A stretch of DNA of 64,000 bases from Marsupella aquatica (lineage: Eukaryota > Plantae > Marchantiophyta). The position numbers were made by a program, and so were the translations under genes. The notes under the pieces are model-generated. The model was not told the DNA's origin, searched no databases, and was given only the letters and a program-made list of their open reading frames with translations. Positions 1-10,941 of the stretch are shown here, one piece after another; positions within the stretch are counted from its first letter, which is position 1, and each line of letters begins with the position of its first letter. The stretch spans positions 26,900,340 through 26,964,339 of the forward strand of contig OZ316894.1 in the NCBI GenBank assembly GCA_973895155.1, written 5' to 3'.

Positions 1-179
1 GGGGCTTGTTCTTAGTCAAGACTCTAGTGTAAAATCAGTATTAGTAGCATAGGAAGCTCTCGGCTAAATCTAGACCGCGGATTATCAGTAAACCACAAGT
101 TCCCATGGATTTTTGTGCAATTGTTTGAATTGAGTTGGCCTTGTTGCCTAGTTTGCAGATTCTTGCCAATCATGGCGTT

Positions 180-194
180 CACTAGAAGAAAACA
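180..194 (+). repeat. Left terminal inverted repeat of CACTA element
   Basis: CACTAGAAGAAAACA. Confidence 0.9.
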
Positions 195-569
195 TGGCCC
201 TTTATGACCAATCACCCAATGACAGAGATGAATAAATGACCAAAAGTTTTAATGACACAAAAAGAATGACGGGGGAATGACTGTCCACAATGACCAATAG
301 ACTGAAATGACAAAATGTTAATTTTTTCGTCATTTTGTATAATGTCTATAATGACTGATGCGACCAAAATGACCCAATTTCCCTAAATGGTCAATTTAGA
401 CACATGTCTTAAATGACACAATTAATAACAACAATGATAAATCAGTGTTTAGCAACATTATAGTCACTCTGGACAATGACTGAAATGACCAAAAATCTAT
501 TTGCATCATTTTGGACAACGGTGATAAATGACAAAAAATGTATTATCGTCATTTTAACCAACGGTGTTA

Positions 570-1075
570 AATGACAAAATTTAGGGTCAATCTGAAAATG
601 AGAATATATCAGTGTTTACAACAACATATTGTCATTATGGACTTCTGCCATAAATGACTAACTCTAGGGTCAATCTTGAAATTAGGACATATTAGTGTTT
701 ACAAGAACATACCGTCATTATGGACTTCTCTCATAAATGACAAAATTTAGGGTCAATCTGAAAATGAGAATATATCAGTGTTTACACAACATATTGTCAT
801 TATGGACTTCTGCCATAAATGACTAACTCTAGGGTCAATCTTGAAATTAGGACATATCAGTGTTTACAAGAACATACCGTCATTATGGACTTTTCTCATA
901 AATGACTAACTCCACAGTCAATCTTGAAATTAGGATATATCGGTGTTTTCAACAACATACTGTCATTATGGACTTGTCGCATAAATGACTAAATATAGGG
1001 CAATCTAAAAATCAGGATATATCAATGTTTACAATAACATACAGTCATTATGGACTTATTACATAAATGACTACT
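570..1075. repeat. ~83-bp subterminal tandem repeat, ~6 copies with AB-AB alternation
   Basis: The unit AAATGAC...AGGGTCAATC...CAGTGTTTACA...GTCATTATGGACTT recurs near 570, 652, 735, 817, 900 and 984. Confidence 0.85.
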
Positions 1076-1159
1076 TATAGAGTCATTAAAGAACCCAAGA
1101 GATATGAAGATTAAAATACTCAATAGTCATTCCAGACACCTATCATAATTGTAGAGTCA

Positions 1160-4100
1160 TACACCTTTGGAGTGATTTTCCAGAAGTGTCATCATATATG
1201 GATGCGCGCATACTATCGTATCCATGGGGCAAATGAAACCTTTTTGTCTCTCCAAGAAGTAGGGCAATACCAATGGAAGGTTGTCATGCTTTGTTGTAAT
1301 TGTGTCATGTTTGTGCCGGTGTTTGGACGGGGAATATTTTAATTTGCAAATAAATGCATGCATACCATCACATCCAAAGGCAAATAAAAGTTGTTTTTTG
1401 GTTCTCCAAGAGGTAGTGCTGCCCCAATGGAATGGGCAGGGGAGTAATGCTTCTCAGTATGGTGTGGGTGCATTCTCAGTATGGTGTGGGTGCAGGTTTA
1501 GGGAAGAGGAATATTCCAACCTTGCAAGGAATCTAAAGCTAGCTCTCTTTGGAGGTACTAGGGCCTTTATTGGGTCATATGTGAGCAATGGCCCGTCATA
1601 AATGCCAATGACTAAAAGTAGGGTCATTAAAATTGTCATATGGAGAGTCATATCAGTCTAATGACTGGATTTGTGGTCATTTGAGGGGTCCCTTATGTAG
1701 TCATTAAGGAAAAGCACAAATGACCATTTTGGGGCTAGGGGCTTGAGGTGGGCCCTAGAGTGCCATGGGCCCCACATAGAGGTGAGAACCCCTCCACTAG
1801 GTGCGGGACACTATACTCATCATTGTCCAACCACTAGTTGCGACATAAACACTTTGGGCACATGTTTTTGTGTTTCCTTAAGGCATGATGCACCTTTGGG
1901 GAAATCACTCCCAAGTCGTACGACTTTGGAGTGATTTGCCAAAAGTGCAACCATGGATGTATACCATCACATCCAAAGGCAAATAAAACCTGTTTTTTGG
2001 TTCTCCAAGAGGTAGTGCTGCACGAATGGAATGGGCAGGGGAGTCGTGCTTCTTAGCATGGTGTGGCTGTGGGATTAGGGTTTGGGAATATTCCAACCTT
2101 GCAAGGAATCTAAAGCTGGCTCTCTTTGGAGGTACTAGGGCCTTTATTGGGTCATATGTGAGCAATGGCCCGTCATAAATGCCAATTACTACAAGAAAGG
2201 TCATTAAAATGGTCACATTGGATGTCATATAAGTGGAATGACCTGAATTATTGTCATTTGAGGGGTCCCTCATGCAGTCATTAAGGAAAAGCACAAATGA
2301 CCAGTTTGGGGCTAGGGGCTGGAGGTGCGCCCTAGAGTGCCATGGGGCCCCACATAGAGGTGAGAACCCCTCCACGAGGTGCGGGACACTATACTCATCA
2401 TTGTCCAACCACTAGTTGCGACATAAACACTTTGGACACATGTTTTTGTGTTTCCTTAAGGCATGATGCACCTTTGGGGAAATCACTCCCAAGTCGTACG
2501 ACTTTGGAGTGATTTTCCAAAAGTGTTGCCATGCATGCACACCATCACATACAAAGGCAAATAAAAGTTGTTTTTGGGTTCTCCAAGAGGTAGTGCTGCC
2601 CAAATGGAATGGGCAGGGGAGTCATGCTTTTAGGGTATGGTGTGGGTGCAGATTTAGGGAAGAGGAATATTCCAACCTTGCAAGGAATCTAAAGCTGGCT
2701 CTCTTTGGAGGTACTAGGGCCTTTATTGGGTCATATGTGAGCAATGGCCCGTCATAAATGCCAATGACTAAAAGTAGGGTCATTAAAATTGTCATATGGA
2801 GAGTCATATCAGTCTAATGACTGGATTTGTGGTCATTTGAGGGGTCCCTTATGTAGTCATTAAGGAAAAGCACAAATGACCATTTTGGGGCTAGGGGCTT
2901 GAGGTGGGCCCTAGAGTGCCATGGGCCCCACATAGAGGTGAGAACCCCTCCATTGCGTGCGGGACACTATACTCATCATTGTCCAACCACTAGTTGCGAC
3001 ATAAACACCTTGGACACAAGTTTTTGTGTTTCCTTAAGGCATGATGCACCTTTGGGGAAATCACTCCCAAGTCGTACGACTTTGGAGTGATTTGCCAAAA
3101 GTGTTGCCATGCATGCACACCATCACATACAAAGGCAAATAAAAGTTGTTTTTGGGTTCTCCAAGAGGTGGTGCTGCACCAATGGAATGGGCAGGGGAGT
3201 CGTGCTTCCCTGTATGGTGTGGGTGCGGGTTTAGGGAAGAGGAATATTCCAACCTTGCAAGGAATCTAAAGCGGGCTCTCTTTGGAGGTACCAGGGCCTT
3301 TATTGGGTCATATGTGAGCAATGGACCGTCATAAATATCAATGACTAAAAGCAGGGTCATTAAAACTGTCATATGGAAAGTCATATCAGTCTAATGACTG
3401 GATTTGTGGTCATTTGAGGGGTCCCTTATGCAGTCATTAAGGAAAAGCACAAATGACCAGTTTGGGGCTAGGGGCTGGAGGTGGGCCCTAGAGTGCCATG
3501 TGACCCCACATAGAGGTGAGAACCCCTCCATTGCGTGCGGGACACTATACTCATCATTGTCCAACCACTAGTTGCGACATAAACACCTTGGACACATGTT
3601 TTTGCGTTTACTTAAGGCATGATGCACCTTTGGGGAAATCACTCCCAAGTCGTATGACTTTGGAGTGATTTGCCAAAAGTGTCACCATGGATGCATACCA
3701 CTATTCCAAACGCAAATGAAGCCCTTTTTTGTCTCTCCAAGAGGTAGCGCAACACCAATGGAATGGGTGTGGTAGTGGTGCTTCCCTCTATGATGTGTCT
3801 GATGTTTAAAGGTATACGATTATTCCATTTTTGCAAGGAATGTAGAGCGGGCTCTCTCTGGCGGTGCTAGGACCTTCTTTGGGTCATTTTTTAACAGAGT
3901 CATGTCATAAGTGTCAATGACCACAAGTAGGGTCATTGAATTGGTCATATGGGATGTCATATAATTCAAATGACTGGACTTGTTGTCATTTGAGGGGTCT
4001 CTAGTGCAGTCATTGAAGACAAGCATGAATGACCAATTTGGAGCTAAGGGCTGGAGGTGGGCCCTAGAGTGCCATGTGGCACCACATAGAGCTCGCAACC

Positions 4101-5900
4101 CCTCCACTAGGTGTCAAATACTATAATTACTATTCTCCAACCACTAGTTGCACCATTAGCAGTTTGGAGCCATGTTTTTGTGTTTACTTAAGGGATGATA
4201 TAATCTTGGGGAAATCACTCCCAAGTCGTACGACTTTGGAGTGATTTGCCAAAAGTGTCACCATTGATGCATACCATCCTATCTAAAGGAAATGAAGCCA
4301 TTTTTTTGGTCTCTGCAAGAAGTAGTGCAAGGCTGTTGTCGTTCCATGTAATTGTGTCATGTTTGTGCCGGTGTTTGGATGGGGAATATTCTATTTTGCA
4401 AATGAATAGTGATGGGGCACTCAAGAAGGTAGTGTAATCTTCATTGAGTCATTTCTGAAAAAATTGGTGTCATAAATACCAATGACTACAAGTAGGGTCA
4501 TTAAATCTGTCATATGGGCTGTCACATAAGTCAAATGACTGGATTTGTGGTCATTTGAGGGGTCCCTTGTGCAATCATTAAGCAGAAGCACAAATGACCA
4601 GTTTGGGGCTAGGGGCTGGAGGTGGGCCCTAGAGTGCCATGGGGCCCCACATAGAGGTGAGAACCCCCTCCACTAGGTGCGGGACACTATACTCATCATC
4701 GTCCAACCACTAGTTGTGCCATGAACACTTTGGACACATGTTTTTGCATTTACTTAAGGCATGATGCACCTTGGGGAAATCACTCCCAAGTCATACAACT
4801 TTGGAGTGATTTGCCAAAAGTGTCACCATGGATGCATACCACCGTATCCAAGCGCAAATGGAGCCATTTTTTGTCTCTCCAAGAAGTAGCGCAACACCAA
4901 TGGAAGGTTGTCATCTTGTGATGTAATTGTGTCATGTTTGTGCCGGTGTTTGGATGGGGAATACTCCATTTTGCATATGAATAGACTTAAGGCATTGTGA
5001 GTAGGTGTTGTAATCTTCATTGGGTCATTTTGGAGGAATAGTGTGTCATTAATGCCAAAGACTGCAGTGAGGGTCATTTTGGCAGTCCTTTTGGAAGTCA
5101 TTTGTGCCAAATGACTCCATATGGGGTCATTATAGAGGTCCCTCATGGTGTCATTACGTACCATCAGAAATGACCCTTTTGGGTCTAGGAGCTTAAGGTG
5201 GCCCTAGTGTGCCATGGGGCTCTACATGAAGGTGGCAACCTCTCCACAAGGTGCGGGGTACTATACCCACCGTACTATTCTCCAACCACTAGTTGCACCA
5301 TGAGCACTTTGGAGCCATGTTTTTGCAATTACTTAAGGGATGATGCAACCTTGGGGAAATCACTCCCAAGTCATACAACTTTGGAGTGATTTGCCAAAAG
5401 TGTCACCATGCATGCATACCATCCTAAGGCATGCATACAAAAATTGTTTTTGTCTCTCCAAGAGGTATATAGTGCAATACTAGTGGAAGACTATGTCCTT
5501 CTATATAACTATGTCATGTTTGTGCCAATATTTGGATTTTGGATATATTCTATTAAATTCCAAAGGAATTGTAAAGGGGCACTCCGAGAGGTAGTATACT
5601 CTTCATTGGGTCATTTTCACATAATGTGTGTCATTAATGTCAATGACTACAATAAGGGTCATTTTGGTAGTCAGTTAGAGGTCATTTGGAGCAATTGACT
5701 GCATATGTGGTCATTAGAGAGGTCCCTCATGGTGTGTCATTAATGGAAACACCTCAAATTAGGGTAATCTTGGTTGTCATACTAGAGGTCAGAAGTACCA
5801 AATGACTGGAAATGTGGTCTTTACAAAGGCTATTGGGGGGTTCTCTTTGGAGGTACAAGGGAGTTCATTGGGTCATTTGTGAATTAAATGGTGCTTCAAT
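1160..5900. repeat. ~578-bp tandem satellite (~8 units) inside CACTA element
   Basis: GGAGTGATTT anchor near 1929, 2507, 3085, 3663, 4239, 4804 and 5384. Near-identical spurious ORFs recur 1156 bp apart (1743/2899). Units degenerate toward the right. Confidence 0.9.
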
Positions 5901-6325
5901 CTGAGGACTAAACGTGGGGTCACTCACGCTGTCATATTGGAAGCCATTAATGTTGGCATATTGGAGGTCATATAGTCATGGGAAGGCTCACTTATTAATG
6001 CTTTGGTGTAATGCTCTCAAAAACTCTTACACAACATAGCCTCATATGTAGTGGTCATGTAGCATGTAAGGGACCCTATAATTGTGCTTGAGTCATGAAT
6101 GAGGGTTTCTCTCAATTGAGTCAGGAGTGGAGAGCTATTAAATGCTAATATTTGGATGAGTATCACTATCATATGGTGAGACAATAAGGTAGTCCAAAAT
6201 GGTGTTCATGCATGCGGGTTATGGGTTTATATCGCGGGCATATATCGGACCTTTTATATCGCTAGCATCATTTTTTATATATAACATTGGTCCTTAACAT
6301 TCTTGTTGGCACCTACACAAACAGC

Positions 6326-6520
6326 CATGACCTTATGGGGGGGGTCGTGACATTATGAGTTATTAACCTTGCCTTCCCTACTTAGGGCCTTATGGGGGCG
6401 TCCGGACCTTGTTATTAACCTCTATAGTTGGTATTTCCCTAGGGCCTTATGGGGGGGGGGGTTTACATTGTTATTAACCTAGTCTCAACTTCCCTAGGGC
6501 CTTATGGGGGGTCCAGACAT
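6326..6520. repeat. Four short CCTTATG(G)n...TTATTAACCT repeats
   Basis: CCTTATGGGG recurs at ~55-60 bp spacing with variable G runs. Confidence 0.65.
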
Positions 6521-7083
6521 GTGAGAGATATTGTCAGAATATAACCCTAATTAATGACCCACAATATCCACCATCCCCATCCAACAGAATACCTTACCTT
6601 TACGGGCTTTAGGGGTCTAGCATTAGGTTTTTCCCGCTAAGTGTTCTTGCGTACCAACAGGAGCCCTTTTTCCTGAAAAAACATCGAGAGGGCAACGCTC
6701 GATGTGCTCATTTCTTGGCATGCCTTTGTGTGCACATTGCAAGGGCTTAGGGTTGCGCAGCGTTGTGCTCCATTCCACCAAGCTTCGACACCCTTCGAAG
6801 CGTTGGGCGAGGCATTGTTCGGGCAAGCATTGGGTGAGGCATTGTTTGAGTGAAGCGTTGGACGTGGCATTGTTTTAGTGACCATTTGCAAGGTTTAGAG
6901 GAGGAGCTCCGACCCGAAGCCATTCAGGCTACAATTGTTTTTGAGCTTGTTGCGCGCGGTCGGCGGAGCACCTCGGTAGGACTTGGGAGCTTCTTTGGAG
7001 GACCCTGCGCTTTGGAGGACATTCGGGCTTTGGAGTGCCCGATTGCAGGGTCAAGGCAATAGCTTCTTTACATTTGTCATTGT

Positions 7084-7335
7084 TGCGGGTGAGGAGCGGA
7101 GGATGAGCTGCAATCGGCGATAAGCTGCGGGTGAGGAGCGGAGGATGAGCTGCAATCGGCGATAAGCTGCGGGCGAGGAGCGGAGGACGACCTACAATCG
7201 GCGATAAGCTGCGGGCGAGGAGCGGAGGACGACCTACAATCAGCGATAAGCTGCGGGCGAGGAGCGGAGGACGACCTACAATCGGCGATAAGCTGCGGGT
7301 GAGGAGCGGAGGACGAGCTGCAAATCAGCGACGAG
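7084..7335. repeat. 42-bp GC-rich minisatellite, ~6 copies
   Basis: Unit CTGCGGGTGAGGAGCGGAGGATGAGCTGCAATCGGCGATAAG and variants. Confidence 0.9.
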
Positions 7336-9684
7336 TTGCAATCAGCAGCAAGCTACAATCGGCAAGAAGCTGTGGGTGAGGAGTTGCAATCGGCGAGAAC
7401 CTACAGGAGGTTCCATCAAGGAGCTGCGAGAACTTATATCTGTGGGAGCGAGTTTGGGCTGAGGTGCGAGAAGGTCAGTTGTGCAATTTTGCGCTTCTTC
7501 CCCTTCTGGCCATTTGTTCATTCTGCATTTTTGCTTTGCTTTTGCCAATGTGCTACCAATGTGCTGTCAGTCCATGAATCCAATGTTGCCTTCTTGTTCT
7601 GTTGCTTAGTGTCTGCTAGTATGCTTATGGCAATGACAGAGAAGCTCCGATTGCTAAGAGACTATTTGCTCTCTCTTTCTCGCTCTCTCTCTGTCCCTCT
7701 CTCTCTAAGTGCCTGAGTTTTGCACCAGTTTTTGAATGTCTACAATGTTGAGTTCCCTTTGCAGAGAAATGTGAATGCAGTTTTCGAATGTCTAGAATGT
7801 TGAGTTCCCTGACGTGATGCGATGGAGCATCCTGGACGCGCACTGATTGTAGCAGTTGTGCGTGTCGTCGGCACTGTCATGGATTGGAGAAGGAAATCCC
7901 ATAGAACTAGCCATTGCACTTTCTCGCACAATGCCTGCATTTCCTTCCCTGTACCATGCTAGCTCCACTGCGACCTTCCACTGCTATCTATGTTGATTCC
8001 TTCCACTGCTACAAAATTCTGCTTTGCAATGGCATCCCAATGCTCATATGTCCCAGCAAAATTCGGGTAGACATAAGTATTAGGCGCGGACTCTTCTCTC
8101 TCTGCCTGCCCAAGATCAGGGTTTACTGGTTCTAATTGCTAATTCAGTCCCCATTTAGAAAGACCTAAGAAATTTAACTATCTTCGAGCTTTATTGTTTG
8201 TTTTGGCAAAATCTTCCCTTGCGGCCAGCAGCTGAGGCCCAGCGTCCACGATGTCCGATACATTTTTCAAGACATAAGTAAGCTGGCTGGGAAATGCCTT
8301 TCTCCTCAATCTCAAGAGATGATTTTTCTGGAGTCTGCTCACGTATTGCTCTTGCTTGTCCAGAACCTGAACAGCTATTTACCACAACTGAATCAAGTGC
8401 CCGAGTTCTGACCAAGTTGTCCTTTGTCTGTCTGCTGTTGATTTCTGATTGCTACTTGTTGGATTTGTCTGCTATGTTCAATTCAGTTTGTTGTCTTGTT
8501 GTCGTCTGACAATGTTTGTGGTGCAAGGTGAGCTTGATCTCTTATTATTACAATGTAGTCCTTAGTTTTCCATTGTATGATGTTTTCCTTAGTCTGTCTA
8601 TGTTCCTCAATGAATTGGTTTCCTTACTCTTCTTTTGACATCCCTCTGTATCATAGCCCTTTTCTTTTCTCTTTTTTTTACTGAAGAGAAGTGCAAGCAT
8701 GTATGGTGAATCCTCACTTGATTCCAGCAGCGACTCTGTAGAATTTTGTCGCCAAAAAGTTTCAGAGTTTCGTGTGTGGTTTGCCAACTGCTGTGCCACC
8801 TCAGAGAATTCCTTAGTGGCTTTTGTACAAGCCTTGCTCTTCAACTATGGTAATTTACAGCTAACTGTCTGATGTTCACACAACATCCATACACAGCAAT
8901 GAATACAACTCCATGAATACAGCCACATGATTTCCTTTGGTCTGCAAACTGGACAAAACTAAACTAAAATCAGCTTGGTCAATTTTAAATCCTTCGTAAG
9001 GGTCTCTGACAGCAGCCCGGTATAGTCATTTGTGCACGAAGATAGAGTACGGTGCAGCTTTTGAAAAAGTGGGTGGACCAGCAGCTTGTTGAGAGTAAAG
9101 CAACTTATGGTTCTGTAACAGATGTGTGCAGCAGCTTAAGATGTAGAAGGCACACAATAAAACTTGATTTTTACAGATTTAAAAAAGGGCAGGGTGAGTG
9201 AGCACTGCATGTTGAACTCACAGGTCCGAATCTTGATTTGATTTCGCTGCTAAAATTCGTATCTCTTGCCTGAGTCCCAGTTTGCTGGAGTTTTGTTGCT
9301 CTCTGTGCTTTGTTGTGCACATTGTTGTGTTTGCTCTGTCCATTTTAAAACTTGAGAGCCAAATGAATGCTTTGCTGAAACTCAATTGCTATTTTTTCTG
9401 TGTTGCCCTTACAGATTTTAAAAAGGCAGGGTGAGTGAGCACTGCTGTACAGCAAGCAAAGGCATACAGGTTGCAATATTTGTGATTGCTTCCAATCATC
9501 TAGGCCAAGGTTATTTGCGCTGCTCAGTCCTAAATGCTTTGCCATCTATAAAGCATTGGTTTATGTTGCACCCTTGTGGTTACATGTCATATTTTATGCT
9601 GCACCCTCATTCTTTTGTGTCATACTGCACCCTGTTATTCCTTCTTGTTTCACAATCTGATGTAGGGTCTGAGTGTGCAGGACC

Positions 9685-10344
9685 ATGGCTCGCAATAAGC
9701 AGAAGGCCATGAATCGTTGCAGAGGTGAATCCTCTCAAGCACCTCAATTGTCCTTATATTCAGACATTGAGATTAACCAGAATAGTCCACATGTATGTGC
9801 GATTTGTGATGAGGGAGGGGATCTCATTGTTTGTGATGGGCCTTGCCACCGACATTTCCATAAGAATGTTTCCTGTCCTTTGGGTCAGCAATGGCTATGC
9901 CCAACTATATCCCTCGCTGATGGCCATGTTGGAGAATGGCTTTGTGTTGATTGCAAGAATGAGGAACATTCTTGCTTTAAGTGCCATGTGTCTGGAAAAA
10001 TTGGTGAAGAGGTAAGAAAATGTCCAGACTCTCTCTGTGCCCGGTTTTACTGTCGGCAGTGTTTGGTTCCTGGCACAGCATCATGTGGACTCCATATTTG
10101 TCTTACTTGTGGACAGGGGCCCAATGATGGGGCTAATGGCTTTTTGGTTCAGTGCATGAGGTGTCCTAAGGCATGGCACAAAGACTGCCTGCTGTTTATC
10201 CAGCAGAGGGGATTTGCCCATGATCGAACAATTTGGGATCACTCAGCGCATGGGCAGCCCAAGAAGGGGATGTTTTACTGTCCTGACCATGACATTGACC
10301 CTACACTAGGCACTCCTGCTAGGAGCCACATATCTTGGATTTGA
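9685..10344 (+). CDS. EDM2-like tandem PHD-finger protein (transposon cargo, ~219 aa)
   Basis: ATG at 9685 just after a TGCAG acceptor. CAICDEGGDLIVCDGPCHRHFH, CVDC..HSCFKC, CGLHICLTC, QCMRCPKAWHKDCL and YCPDHDIDPTLGTPARSHI follow the order of the EDM2/NSD PHD cassette as recalled. Confidence 0.8.
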   Translation: MARNKQKAMNRCRGESSQAPQLSLYSDIEINQNSPHVCAICDEGGDLIVCDGPCHRHFHKNVSCPLGQQWLCPTISLADGHVGEWLCVDCKNEEHSCFKCHVSGKIGEEVRKCPDSLCARFYCRQCLVPGTASCGLHICLTCGQGPNDGANGFLVQCMRCPKAWHKDCLLFIQQRGFAHDRTIWDHSAHGQPKKGMFYCPDHDIDPTLGTPARSHISWI

Positions 10345-10941
10345 TTGAGGCTGGATCGAACACAAACTTGAGATAGAGCTTTTTGATGGTTTCACGTGGA
10401 CTTAAACAATTTTCAGAGTGCTAAAACATGTGGACTATTTATATGCAGTTTGATGAACTCCTCATGTATACACACTCTACGACAGTGCATTGCGGATTGA
10501 GGCAATTAATTTTGAGAAATCAACTTTATTATCTTTTCCAGGGTAGGATTCTGATTTTCAAGCATGTACTTTGAGTGTGACTTTCCTCCATATTGATGTC
10601 TAAACTTCACTTGTAAATTTGTCACTGGTGTCACAAACGTTACTTATTCCAGACCTGTCTGCTCACATTCCTAATAGGCAAACAAATACTGGAAATGATG
10701 AAGGCACAGAGATTTACGTTCATAGTATCATTCTGATGACACTGTATGTGATGCTCTATTTGTATGCAAGGAGAAGGTGCCCTACTACAGTGGATTTGAG
10801 AAACTGGGCTCTGTGGGTTTGAGCAATTGGACTGTGGTTGGCATCGGTTGTACAACTGTGACGGTAGGCCCAATTTTGTATGCATGTCACTCTGATTCAG
10901 TTTGAAAATCATAGTTTGAATACAATTTCAATCAAGCTAGC

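Noticed and set aside
1894-5400. Regularly spaced palindromes resembling a CRISPR array
   Set aside because: The spacers are ~530 bp and homologous to each other, there are no cas genes, and the context is eukaryotic.
1157-5698. Many short ORFs in the left array
   Set aside because: They recur with the 578-bp period on both strands and have no domain features, so they are satellite by-products.
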